NCBI GenBank assembly: GCA_964396445.1
Contig: CAYNFI010000001.1
Location: 30,971-94,970, forward strand
From: an uncultured Candidatus Bathyarchaeia archaeon
Lineage (GTDB): Archaea > Thermoproteota > CALKCG01 > B24 > JAWCPE01
DNA: 64,000 nucleotides
Direction: 5' to 3'
How positions within the stretch are numbered: the stretch's first letter is position 1; each line of letters starts with the position of its first letter. Made by a program: the position numbers and the translations under genes. This document shows, piece after piece, positions 29,278 through 39,190 of the stretch. The notes under the pieces are model-generated. The model saw only the letters and a list, made by a program, of their open reading frames with translations. It was not told where the DNA came from and did not search any database.

Positions 29278-29898
29278 TCATGCAACTATTCTGTAAAGAT
29301 GAACCTCTACAGGGTACTTCGGCTTCCTATGGAATTCAAACATCCTTGGAATATCGATCTGGGTTGTGAAGGTTGTGGTTATACTGGCTCCAAGCCCTCT
29401 CACAAACCTTCTGATGAAGGCATCTGTTTCGCTTTTATGAAGCGAGTAAACAACCTTTCCCAACCCTAAAGCCTTTCTTAGGAAGGCTCTGTCAGCGCCC
29501 CGCCGTTGCACTCCGAAGGGTGGGTTTTGGAGAACTGTGTCACAGCTCCCAGTTAAGGCTTGGATGTCGGCTGCAACCCAGTCGATGATATGGTTAACCA
29601 TCACCTTCTCCGCGTTGCGTTTCGCCGTTGCTAAAGCAACTGGGTCGATGTCTACGCCTACAACGTGTTCGGCGCCGAGTACGGCGGCGCCTATGGCTAA
29701 ACGCCCACTTCCACAGCCTAGGTCATAGACCACTTTAGCAACAATGTCATCGTATGTGTAAGCTGCGAGTGTGAGTATCCGTGCTGCTACGGTTTCAGTG
29801 AGTGTATACTGTTCAAAGTAGCTCTTAGGGGATGGATGTATCTCCAAGGAGCCTAGAAGTCTCTCAAGATCCTTGCGTCGCATAAGCTTCCTTAACAT
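29278..29898 (-). CDS. METTL5-family (N6-adenine) RNA methyltransferase
   Basis: EQYT, DLGCGSG, QNPPFG and VYSLHK; downstream of dph2. Confidence 0.92.
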   Translation of the reverse strand: MLRKLMRRKDLERLLGSLEIHPSPKSYFEQYTLTETVAARILTLAAYTYDDIVAKVVYDLGCGSGRLAIGAAVLGAEHVVGVDIDPVALATAKRNAEKVMVNHIIDWVAADIQALTGSCDTVLQNPPFGVQRRGADRAFLRKALGLGKVVYSLHKSETDAFIRRFVRGLGASITTTFTTQIDIPRMFEFHRKPKYPVEVHLYRIVA

Positions 29899-30865
29899 AG
29901 GCTTCCCACGTGTTTTCACCAAGCATGATAAGGGCTTCATCCGGGTTTAAAACAACTTTCCCGAGGGCTTGAACCCCGTCCACAGCTAATCGCGGGCATG
30001 CCATGTTTATGAATACCTCCACTTCCTCGAAGGATTGAAGTATGTCTGGGCTGACAATGTTAACAGATATGCGGAAGACATCCTTCCCCTGCCTTCTCAG
30101 CTTTTCAACCATGACTTCCCCTTCCCTAAGCCTCATCTGCCCTGGTTCAAGCCCTAGGATGACGCTGTAGACTTTGGCTTCCCTCGCCTTAACGATGGCT
30201 GCGTAACGTTGCCTCAAAACCTTTTTTACCTCTTCCTCTAGGTCCCTTGCCTGCCCTGTGAAGGGGTCTGCGGTTATCACAGGCTTTCCAGTCTTTAAGG
30301 CAGCTCCTAGGGGGTGGAATAAACCTCCACCGATGAAGAGGAAAACTTCAACCGCGTCTTTAACAGTTTGGGCTGCTGTGTAATCGCAGCCGATTACCTG
30401 TCCAGGATACTTTAGGTTTCCCGAAACATCACCGATATGTACAACCTTGCCGTGTTTCTCAAGGAAACCCTTCACATCATCGAGTTTGTGCACGTGTTGC
30501 AAGGTTGTTATCAAACCCACCCGTTCATACTTGGTCATCAAGGGTAAGCTTTTCTCTGCGACCCCTAAGACATCCACGTTAGACTTGGCCTCTACGTAAA
30601 TGACTTTGAGTTCAGGGTTGGGAACGAGTTCCGTATGTCCTAGGTGGATGATAAGGTCTGCGTTTAAGGCTTCAGCCTCCTTTAAGGCTATGTTACAGGC
30701 TCCGAAGCACGGGTTACCTGATATGTAAACCGAGGATCCAACTCTTCTCTCCAATAACCTCGCGAGGGATAGGGCTTGGCTTCTTAAACCCTCGGGAGCT
30801 TGGATGAGAACCCTTCCAGCTCCCCGCGTTTTCTTCACTAACTCTTCTTCCTCAAGGTTGAACAG
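29864..30865 (-). CDS. dph2: Diphthamide biosynthesis enzyme Dph2
   Basis: IQAPEG, PCFGAC, HLGH, GQVIGC, GGGLFH and ACPR. Start is uncertain (GTG 30838 or CTG 30865). Confidence 0.95.
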   Translation of the reverse strand: MFNLEEEELVKKTRGAGRVLIQAPEGLRSQALSLARLLERRVGSSVYISGNPCFGACNIALKEAEALNADLIIHLGHTELVPNPELKVIYVEAKSNVDVLGVAEKSLPLMTKYERVGLITTLQHVHKLDDVKGFLEKHGKVVHIGDVSGNLKYPGQVIGCDYTAAQTVKDAVEVFLFIGGGLFHPLGAALKTGKPVITADPFTGQARDLEEEVKKVLRQRYAAIVKAREAKVYSVILGLEPGQMRLREGEVMVEKLRRQGKDVFRISVNIVSPDILQSFEEVEVFINMACPRLAVDGVQALGKVVLNPDEALIMLGENTWEAYVKEAYATQGS

Positions 30866-30883
30866 GTGGAAACAGCCTCTTAC

Positions 30884-31399
30884 CTACGCTGGAAGACTAA
30901 CTTCACTAACCCTTTGGAGTTCAAACCGGCAGGGTATAGGTATCTTACTTGCACCCCTCCTTAAGGCTTCCTTAACTAGGTCTTTCGCATCCTCGTTAAC
31001 CTTGATGGTTATAATCTCCTGCCCGTTCTCCACCCTCGCCGCGGTAGCTACTGGTGCGCCGAAGGCTCTCTTCATACCCTTAGACAGCCTGTCCGCGTGA
31101 GGCCCCATCATCATCTTATGCTCCCTGAGAACTTGATGGGGGTAAACGTTCACTTTTAAGTAGTAACCCTTCTCACCGAGCTTATCTTGAAGAACCTTGT
31201 TCGCGGCGACCCTTGCCGCTTCGAGGGCGTTGTGGCGGATTTGAGCGTTGGCTAAGGCTATCAATGAGGCTGTATACGCATAGCTTACCCCTGGGTCGCC
31301 CATGGTGAACTTGCTGATCTTCGGAGGGGGAGCCCCATGTATATACTCCTTCCTACTGTAAGGTCTTCCCGCAACCCTCCGATAGTTCTTTCCCTTCAT
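30884..31399 (-). CDS. rpl10e: 50S ribosomal protein L10e/uL16
   Basis: YSRKEYIHGAP, QIRHNALEAAR and ADRLSKGMKRAFG. Confidence 0.96.
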   Translation of the reverse strand: MKGKNYRRVAGRPYSRKEYIHGAPPPKISKFTMGDPGVSYAYTASLIALANAQIRHNALEAARVAANKVLQDKLGEKGYYLKVNVYPHQVLREHKMMMGPHADRLSKGMKRAFGAPVATAARVENGQEIITIKVNEDAKDLVKEALRRGASKIPIPCRFELQRVSEVSLPA

Positions 31400-31549
31400 G
31401 CCCCACACCACACGCATAACCTAGGTTGGGTAATATAAACGTACCTTAAGGATCTGGTTGAACCTAGAGTACGTAGACCAAGCTTTCACGGGAGGAAAAG
31501 CGATAAATCGATGATGCGATCACAATAAAGTTGAGGAGGAGGCTAAGCG

Positions 31550-32008
31550 ATGCGTCGAAGCGTGCTTTTCGCCATCGCGGGGGCACTCTTCATCATCTCA
31601 GGGATATTGTACACCTACATAGACCTAACCACGGATTTAGCGGAAACGGTTAGAACCGCGCAGGTTAAGGCTGGGAAGACGCTCTACCTCGTCCCACCCG
31701 CTGTCGAGGTTAACGTCGAGGTCACTATTACTAACCCCACCAATACACGGGTCATCATCGAATCGCTGGTCGCCGATGTCTTCTATGAAGACGTTCAGCT
31801 CGGTGCGCTCGGCGGTCAAGGTGTAAGCATTCAACCGCATGGAAACGCCTCGTTTAGAGGGAGTTTCAACCTCCCATCCAACCTGTGGTTTCGAACACCC
31901 TATACGATACGGGTAACCGGGAAAATCACCGCATCAGTGGGGATCCTCTCTCTGAAAATCACTCGTGAGTATCCCCTCGACATCCAACGAGCACAGACGA
32001 GCCCCTAG
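31550..32008 (+). CDS. LEA type 2 (WHy domain) membrane-anchored protein
   Basis: N-terminal TM helix and VTITNPTN motif. Confidence 0.7.
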   Translation: MRRSVLFAIAGALFIISGILYTYIDLTTDLAETVRTAQVKAGKTLYLVPPAVEVNVEVTITNPTNTRVIIESLVADVFYEDVQLGALGGQGVSIQPHGNASFRGSFNLPSNLWFRTPYTIRVTGKITASVGILSLKITREYPLDIQRAQTSP

Positions 32009-32100
32009 TCTACAGCGGTATAAACTCGAATCCTAACGTGGAATCCGTGTGTATATAAACGCGGTGTAGCGGCGTGGCGGGAAAGACGTTTATAAATAAG

Positions 32101-33771
32101 TCATGTCCAAGACGGTAGCTGCTCTTCTCTATCTATGGTGAAGTCTATGACGGCGGGGACGCCATCCCTAACCATCTTTGAAGCGTTCTTAAAAGCTTTC
32201 CTTATTTCACTGGGTCTCTCAACGTGCTCACCGTAACATTTGAAAGCCTCAGCTAATTTCACAAAATCCGGGTTAATTAGCTCCGTGGATATGAGCCTCC
32301 CGCCGTAGAAGCGTTTTTGATGATGCCTTATAGTCCCGAACGCGTTATCGTTCAGTATGCAAACTGTGACGGGGGTACACTGTTGAACAGCTGTAGCGAG
32401 CTCATACATCGTCATGACAAAACCTCCATCCCCCGCTACGGCTACGATGTCCTTCTCGGGCTTCGCGAGTTTACAGGCAATGGCTGCAGGGAGACCATAC
32501 CCCATGGGTCCAAAGGAACCGGATTGAATCCAAGTCTTCGGCTCAAAGACGTTGAGGAACATGGAAGCCCACATCTTGTTATTCCCCGCGTCCACAGTGA
32601 ACACCGTTCCACGGCTGAAGAAACGCCGGATTTCATTACATACCCGCTGAGGCTTCAATGGCGTTGCCTCCGAGTTCATGATAGCTTCATTGATGCTAAG
32701 CCACTCTTCCTTCGCCCTACTCAGCCAGAGAAGCCAAGGGAGCTCCTCGAATTTTCTCGAACCGCATAGGCTTTTCACCTCGGCGAGGATCCCCGTAAGC
32801 ACAGCCTCAGCGTCTCCGGTGATTCCTAACTCCACAGGATAGTTCTTCCCGATTTCATCAGGGTTAACGTCTACTTGAATCATCCTCGTCCCAGCCCTGA
32901 TGGCTGTCCAATGCCTTGTACTTAACGCTGCGAAGCGGCATCCCACAGCCAGGATAAAGTCAGCTTCAGCTAAAACTCTGTCAACGTAGCGGCGGGCGTG
33001 AACTCCCATCCTCCCAGCGGACAATGGATGGTCCTCGGGGATAACGCCTCTTCCGTTGAAGGTTGTGATGACAGGAGCCCCGATATACTCAGCTAAGGCA
33101 AGGACCTCCTTGCATGCACCGAGCCCTGAGTAGTGGGCTCCACCACCAGCCACGATCACCGGTCTCTCAGCTTTGACCAAGTGAGTGGCCGCTTTCCTAA
33201 CCACATCCCTGCGCCCGGCAGCGACCTTGCCCGTAAGCATCTTTTGAAGCGGCTTTGTTTCAAACTCGACGAGTTCTCTCTGAACGTCTACAGGAATGTT
33301 AAGATGCACAGGTCCAGGTCTACCTGTTAAAGCCATCCTTAAGGCTTTCCTCGTAACTTCAACGGCGCGCTCAGGCTTAGTCAACATAACACTCCACTTC
33401 ACGATGGGTTTGAAAACGGCTGCGTGGTCGAGTTCTTGGAAGGCTCCCTTACCGAGCTGCGGTTGGGGTTGCTGCCCTGTGAATGCAACCACGGGTGTAC
33501 GGTCTGTCCAAGCCGTCGCGATTCCTGTGATGAGGTTTGTAGCCCCAGGTCCTCCAGTCCCATCGCAGATGCCGTGTTGACCCGTAATCTTGGCATAGGC
33601 GTCTGCCATATAAGCCGCGGCTTCCTCATGTCTCGTTAAAACATGCTTAATCTTTGAAGCGTAGATAGCATCGTAGATAGGACATGTCTGTGAACCTGGT
33701 AAGCCGAAGATGAGTTTTACCCCCGCTGCCTCCAACGTTCTAACAATGGCTTCAGCTACCGTGGACCTCAT
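32101..33771 (-). CDS. Thiamine pyrophosphate-binding protein (acetolactate synthase large-subunit-like)
   Basis: FGLPG, RHEEAAAYMA, GPGATN and GDGGF...LNDN. Confidence 0.9.
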   Translation of the reverse strand: MRSTVAEAIVRTLEAAGVKLIFGLPGSQTCPIYDAIYASKIKHVLTRHEEAAAYMADAYAKITGQHGICDGTGGPGATNLITGIATAWTDRTPVVAFTGQQPQPQLGKGAFQELDHAAVFKPIVKWSVMLTKPERAVEVTRKALRMALTGRPGPVHLNIPVDVQRELVEFETKPLQKMLTGKVAAGRRDVVRKAATHLVKAERPVIVAGGGAHYSGLGACKEVLALAEYIGAPVITTFNGRGVIPEDHPLSAGRMGVHARRYVDRVLAEADFILAVGCRFAALSTRHWTAIRAGTRMIQVDVNPDEIGKNYPVELGITGDAEAVLTGILAEVKSLCGSRKFEELPWLLWLSRAKEEWLSINEAIMNSEATPLKPQRVCNEIRRFFSRGTVFTVDAGNNKMWASMFLNVFEPKTWIQSGSFGPMGYGLPAAIACKLAKPEKDIVAVAGDGGFVMTMYELATAVQQCTPVTVCILNDNAFGTIRHHQKRFYGGRLISTELINPDFVKLAEAFKCYGEHVERPSEIRKAFKNASKMVRDGVPAVIDFTIDREEQLPSWT

Positions 33772-33922
33772 CGCGTCAATCTCACCACTTTACTCAAAGG
33801 ACTCTACCGATCAAGGTTATCAAAGTTTTGAGGAAGTGAAGGGGACACTTTAACTAAAGGCGTTAATTGGGAAACATGTTTTTTAGCCTCCTTCCCATTA
33901 TCCCTTAGAAAAGGTCGGTTGT

Positions 33923-35881
33923 ATGCCTCTGCAAAACCCCTGGGGAGGCTTCCGCGAGGAATGCGAGGTTCTTATTAGAAGGGCTTTAAACAAGGGCCTT
34001 ATGGGTTTGGAGGAAGCCAAGATAGTGCTTGAGAAACCCCCGTCTCCCGAACTTGGGGAGCTCAGCTCATCCCTATGCCTCAGTCTCGCGAGGCAGCGGC
34101 TGGTAAACCCCCTTAAAATGGCTGAGGACATTGTAAACGCTATGGACATGACGAGCGCCACATTCACTGCAGGGGTTAAAGTTGCGGAGCCAGGTTACAT
34201 TAACTTCTACGTAAACCGCCCCCACCTCTTCAACGCAGTCTTAGAAGCTGTGTTTAAACTGGGTGAGGCTTGGGGCGCCGTTAATGTTGACCGACCGCTT
34301 AAAGTCATCGTTGAGCATACGAGTGTAAACCCGATACATCCAATCGATATTGGGCATGCAAGGAATACTTTTCTCGGAGATACGCTTGCCAGGCTCCTTG
34401 AAGCCAGGGGGCATACGGTTTCAAGGCGTTACTACGTGGATGATGTTGGAAGCCAGATGGCTACAATCGCCTACGGATACGAGAAGCTTGGAAAACCTAA
34501 GCCCACCGTGAAACCCGACGTCTTCATCGGCGTACTGTACACCGTAACGTCCTGTATCCTTGAAACACGGAGGCTTAGGAAACGGATTGAAAACCTTCAA
34601 GGACTGGGGGAGACAGAGAATGCTAGCCGCTTAAGGGCTGAGCTGGATGACTGGGTCGCCGTCGTAGCCGAGGTTCAAGCGAGATATCCTGAGCTTTTTA
34701 ACACGCTTCTCTCTGAGGTGGAGAAGGAATCAGACCCTGAGGCTGCTGTGGCGGGGTTAAACAGGGATTATGAAGCGGGGAGGGAGTACGCTAAAAAACT
34801 TGTCAAGGAAGTCGCGGAGCTCTGCTTGGAAGGCTTTAGGGAAACCTTCAACAGAGTGGATGTGAAGTTCGATGGCTGGGACTGGGAAAGCGAGTTTACC
34901 TGGACGGGAAAGGTTGGTGAGGTTATCAGGAAGCTTAAGGCAACGCCCTACGTTTCCATTGTTGAAGGAGCCCTCGAATTAGACGCGGAGAAAGCTGTGA
35001 CTTACCTAGATTTAAGGGAGTCTCTAGGGCTGCCTGAAAGGTACACGGTCCCCTCCCTAACCTTAACGAGAGCGGATGGAACAACGCTGTACACGGCGCG
35101 GGATATTGCCTACAGCCTCAAGAAGCTTGAAGACGCGGATATGGTGGTTAACGTCGTCGGGGCAGACCAGAAGTTAGCTCAGCTGCAGTTACGAATCGCA
35201 CTCTGCATTCTAGGCTTGAAGGGAATGGCCGCGCGGCAACACCACTTCGCCTACGGGTTTGTAAGGTTCCCGGGTTTAAGGATGTCGAGTCGTCGAGGCA
35301 GGTACATCACCTTGGACAACGTATTGGATGAGGCTGTGAGCAAAGCCTTCGAAGAGGTTGTTAAACGTTCACCGCATTTACTTGATGAGGAGAAGAGAGC
35401 CATCGCAGGTGTTGTCGGTATCGGTGCGGTGAAGTACGCCATGGTATCCGTGGAGCCTATAAAGGAGGTTGTCTTCACATGGGACCGGGTTCTAGACTTT
35501 GAACGGAACAGCGCCCCCTTTATCCAGTACGCTCACGCAAGAGCCTGCAACATTCTCAAGAAGGCGGGGAAAACAGGGCTCAGCCTAGAAGGAACACGTG
35601 TGGAAGCCTTAAAGGATGATGTGGAGCAGGGGCTTCTACTCAGGGTTGCGTGGCTGCCGGAGATCCTCATGGAAGCGGCGGACAAGTTGCTACCGTATCT
35701 GGTGGCTGATTACGCCAACAACCTAGCCAACCTCTTCAACACGTTCTACGATAAGCTTCCCGTTCTCAAGGCGGAAAACACGGTGCTTAAAGATGCCCGG
35801 CTGGCTCTTGTGAGCGCTGTGAGGATAACTTTAAGAAACGCTATGAAGGTGTTAGGCATAGACACACCTGGAAGAATGTGA
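33923..35881 (+). CDS. argS: Arginine--tRNA ligase
   Basis: EHTSVNPIHPIDIGHARN, RMSSRRG, QYAHARACNIL and a DALR domain. Confidence 0.97.
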   Translation: MPLQNPWGGFREECEVLIRRALNKGLMGLEEAKIVLEKPPSPELGELSSSLCLSLARQRLVNPLKMAEDIVNAMDMTSATFTAGVKVAEPGYINFYVNRPHLFNAVLEAVFKLGEAWGAVNVDRPLKVIVEHTSVNPIHPIDIGHARNTFLGDTLARLLEARGHTVSRRYYVDDVGSQMATIAYGYEKLGKPKPTVKPDVFIGVLYTVTSCILETRRLRKRIENLQGLGETENASRLRAELDDWVAVVAEVQARYPELFNTLLSEVEKESDPEAAVAGLNRDYEAGREYAKKLVKEVAELCLEGFRETFNRVDVKFDGWDWESEFTWTGKVGEVIRKLKATPYVSIVEGALELDAEKAVTYLDLRESLGLPERYTVPSLTLTRADGTTLYTARDIAYSLKKLEDADMVVNVVGADQKLAQLQLRIALCILGLKGMAARQHHFAYGFVRFPGLRMSSRRGRYITLDNVLDEAVSKAFEEVVKRSPHLLDEEKRAIAGVVGIGAVKYAMVSVEPIKEVVFTWDRVLDFERNSAPFIQYAHARACNILKKAGKTGLSLEGTRVEALKDDVEQGLLLRVAWLPEILMEAADKLLPYLVADYANNLANLFNTFYDKLPVLKAENTVLKDARLALVSAVRITLRNAMKVLGIDTPGRM

Positions 35882-35997
35882 TCCCCCGCTCACAGTTATA
35901 CTCCTTGCAGGAATGCGTGGTTTGTCAAGGGTGCATCCTCTTAGGGGAGTAAGTTAACAGATAAATGCATGATTTAGCGCATAGATACCATGTGAAA

Positions 35998-36501
35998 TTA
36001 TTCTTGAAACCTCGCAATCATCAAGACCTCGTCCTCCCTGTAGAGGTCTTTTATAACGCACTCTGGTTTAGCGCCTAGGGTTTTCGCATAGAGTTTCTGA
36101 GCATCGTTCTCCGTCCCTGTGGAGACCTCGACGAGCTTCAGCTCGGAACCCCTTGCCTTAATACACCGCTTCATCTCCTCAAAGGAATCTTTAACCAACT
36201 TTGTACCAATCCCATTTCCTCTGTAGTCTTTGAGAACGCCTATCTGTTCAAGCTCCAAAACTGCCTGCTCCCTGAACCCACCCTTCTCCATCCAAAGGAT
36301 GTAACCTAACACCACCCCTCCACACATGGCTACGAAGTACTGCATCCTTGGGTAGGCATGGAAGTTGCATTCAATCCACCTCTTCCCCCCTTCAGGATTC
36401 CTTAAACCACTGAAGCAGAGGGAGCCGATGCGCGCCACTTCTTGTACCTGCTCCTCTCTCATCGGCTTCACTGAAACCTTTCTTAGGTCTATTCCCGTCA
36501 T
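35998..36501 (-). CDS. GNAT family N-acetyltransferase
   Basis: IGVLKDYRGNGIGTKL acetyl-CoA-binding motif. Confidence 0.88.
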   Translation of the reverse strand: MTGIDLRKVSVKPMREEQVQEVARIGSLCFSGLRNPEGGKRWIECNFHAYPRMQYFVAMCGGVVLGYILWMEKGGFREQAVLELEQIGVLKDYRGNGIGTKLVKDSFEEMKRCIKARGSELKLVEVSTGTENDAQKLYAKTLGAKPECVIKDLYREDEVLMIARFQE

Positions 36502-36659
36502 AAGCCCTGACCACGGAGCCGAATTCTACGCGCTATTCACATATAAGTCTCCTTGAAGAGCCGTGTGTAGCCTTAAAAAATCCTCATCACCGTTGGGAAG
36601 CGTTTAGAGTCATGGACGTTATGAAAAAATTTATAACGTTTAAGTCGAGTTAAAAACGC

Positions 36660-37595
36660 ATGGTCTTCCTCGTAGAAGAGACAGCTGACGGACAAAGGGC
36701 TTATGAATCGTTGCTCGTCAATCAACCCCAGCTTTTAAACGCTATCTCCAACTCGACAGCCCTAAGGATTTTAAAGGAGTTGTCTGAGGAACCCATGTGC
36801 GTCATGGATTTGGCGAGGAAAATAAGGGAGCATGAACAGAGGGTTTACTACCACGCGCGGAAGCTCGAAAAACTTGGTTTAATAAAAGTTGTGAGAACCG
36901 AGGCAAGGGGTGGAGCCCTAGCTAAGATATACTCGCCCATCTCATCCGTTGTTTCATTCAAGCTGTTTGAGAAAACCCCCATAAAAGATGTGAGGTCGAG
37001 AGCCGCTGAGGTTAAGTTTCTCAAACCCTTTATCCAAGATGGGAGGCTCAACTCCATCATCGTGGTGGGAAGCCCCGACCCCCATGGTAGGTATAAAGCA
37101 CCGGCTTCAGACGGTTACTGCGCCATCGACTTATGCCTCTTCCTAGGACAGTTCTTAAACACCCTAACGATTCCATGCTATAAACTGGATACGCAGATTA
37201 GGGGAGATGACTTGGAGAGGAATATGCTGATCATAGGCGGTCCTAAGGCGAACATCATCTCTGATAGGATTAACAAGGTTTTACCGGTTTACTTCGACTA
37301 CTCGGATGAACTCCTCGAATGGAGCATCGTTTCGAGTATTTCAAAGACAACGTACAGGGAGAAACACATTGGGGCAATCGCTAGGGTTCCAAGCCCTTTC
37401 CATGAGGGTAGGGAGGTACTTGTCCTAGCTGGGAAGGGCTTTAGGGGAACGAAGGCATCTGTACTAGCCTTCGTAAAGCACGTTAAGGATGTTATGAAGG
37501 GGAATTCCATCAACCCAAACGTTATCGCAAAGGTTGTTCAAGGCATAGACCTAGATTCTGACGGCATCGTAGATGAGGTTGAGTTCATAGAGTGA
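36660..37595 (+). CDS. ArsR-like HTH protein fused to a C-terminal alpha/beta domain (S-layer-C-like IIGGP..N motif)
   Basis: RILKEL...MDLARKI..HEQRVYYHARKLEKLGLI, IVVGSPDPHG and LIIGGPKAN. Confidence 0.7.
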   Translation: MVFLVEETADGQRAYESLLVNQPQLLNAISNSTALRILKELSEEPMCVMDLARKIREHEQRVYYHARKLEKLGLIKVVRTEARGGALAKIYSPISSVVSFKLFEKTPIKDVRSRAAEVKFLKPFIQDGRLNSIIVVGSPDPHGRYKAPASDGYCAIDLCLFLGQFLNTLTIPCYKLDTQIRGDDLERNMLIIGGPKANIISDRINKVLPVYFDYSDELLEWSIVSSISKTTYREKHIGAIARVPSPFHEGREVLVLAGKGFRGTKASVLAFVKHVKDVMKGNSINPNVIAKVVQGIDLDSDGIVDEVEFIE

Positions 37596-37787
37596 ATGGG
37601 GGAATGTGAAGAAGGTATTCACAGCGAATCCTCGCTAGCTAAGGATGAGTGATGGGTTCCAAAATGTTCAGAGGCACAAGAATCTTACCTAAGGCTTAAA
37701 CACCGTCTAGACCTTTCTGCAAAGAATTTACAGTAACCGAATAGCTTAATTGGCTGTAAGAGTTACTAAGTTATGCGGTGTTGATAT

Positions 37788-38417
37788 ATGCTTGCGAAGC
37801 AATATTTTGATAGAATCGACGTCATCCTACGCAAGTTATCTAAAGAGCAAGCTGACATGATTGTAAAGGCGGCGGAGATGATCGTTGACGCCGCGTTAAC
37901 CGGGGGCAAGTTCTGGGTCTACGACAAGGGAAAGGCGGTTTCCTCCGAGGTCGTAGGCCGCGCTGGAGGGCTTCTAATGACTCAGCTCCTAACGGAACCG
38001 GATCCCTCCACGATCCAAAAAGGCGACGTGTTAGCGGTAAGCGCCGTTAAGAACAACGATCCTTCAGACACCGTCTTCGTTGAAAAGGCAAAGGCCAAGG
38101 GAGTAAAAACGATGGCTGTTCTACCGTTCAACAACCCGTCCGACGCCTCTGAAAACCTTCAGGAAAAGGTTGACTTAGCGGTTGACGACTACGCTGAATC
38201 AGGCGATGGATGTTTGGAAGTCGAAGGCTACGTTCGTAGGATATGTCCAACCACCGGCGTAACCAACGCAGCCATCATGTGGGCTGTATGCGCGGAGGTC
38301 GTGGACGAGCTAAGGCGGAGGGGTAAGGAAGCGCATATTTACAAAAGCGTCTACAGGGTTGGAAACGTTGAGTGGAACACAAGGATGCGTGATGAGTTTC
38401 TGAGAACAGGTTACTAG
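37788..38417 (+). CDS. SIS (sugar isomerase)-like domain protein
   Basis: AAEMIVDAALTGGK, GRAGGL, GDG...ICPTTGV and IYKS. Confidence 0.7.
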   Translation: MLAKQYFDRIDVILRKLSKEQADMIVKAAEMIVDAALTGGKFWVYDKGKAVSSEVVGRAGGLLMTQLLTEPDPSTIQKGDVLAVSAVKNNDPSDTVFVEKAKAKGVKTMAVLPFNNPSDASENLQEKVDLAVDDYAESGDGCLEVEGYVRRICPTTGVTNAAIMWAVCAEVVDELRRRGKEAHIYKSVYRVGNVEWNTRMRDEFLRTGY

Positions 38418-38425
38418 AGGAAGGG

Positions 38426-39016
38426 GTGAAAACAATGGGACTTGGATTGGAATACCTTACCTACGTTAGGAACGAGTTGCGTAAGGTTCTGATGGAGGAA
38501 GGTTGGAAAATCGAGAAAGTAGCTGAATTAGCGGTTGAAACGCTTGCCTCTGGTGGAACCTGCTGGCATACAGATATCGGGCATATGCCTGGTCTTGAAG
38601 TCAGGGTTGGACGTGAGGCAAGGCCGAACGTCTTCAAGCCGCTTCAAGGAGTCGATTGGGTACGCAAAGGCGACCTAGTCGTCTTCGGCGACCAGTTCGA
38701 CGTGTCTGAGGGTTTTATAGAATGGGCTTTAGAGTTGAAAAAACGAGGCGCCACAGTGGTAGGCATAGGCGCCGCCATGGATAAGCATCGGAACGAGGTT
38801 TACATACGGCACGCGGGGGGGAAAAGCCTACCTGAAGTCGTGGATGTGTTCATAAACACCCAAGCACCAATGGGTGACGGGGCTCTAACTCAAGGCTTGA
38901 AGATCGGGTTCGGCGCGACAACAGGCGTACTGAACTGCACAATATACTGGGCGTTATGCGGGGAAATCGTGGAAGGCTTGGCGAAGAGAGCCTTCAAGCT
39001 TCCAGATATCAGTTGA
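38426..39016 (+). CDS. SIS-like domain protein (paralog of the upstream gene)
   Basis: VAELAVETLASGG, GDLVV, KKRGATVVGI and PMGDG...GATTGV. Confidence 0.65.
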   Translation: MKTMGLGLEYLTYVRNELRKVLMEEGWKIEKVAELAVETLASGGTCWHTDIGHMPGLEVRVGREARPNVFKPLQGVDWVRKGDLVVFGDQFDVSEGFIEWALELKKRGATVVGIGAAMDKHRNEVYIRHAGGKSLPEVVDVFINTQAPMGDGALTQGLKIGFGATTGVLNCTIYWALCGEIVEGLAKRAFKLPDIS

Positions 39017-39190
39017 ACACCTCAGCCAAAGCCTACCATGTAATGGAAGTGTGAAAGCAGCCGAAGTTTGGGGATGTGAACGCCTTCCAAGAGCGTTCAC
39101 GGCACCTGTAACGTTAACCCTCGGAGAACCTAAAAGCTTAAACCAAGGATCTCGATGGCTTCACTTTGCAAGCCTCAAGGAGTATGGTCT

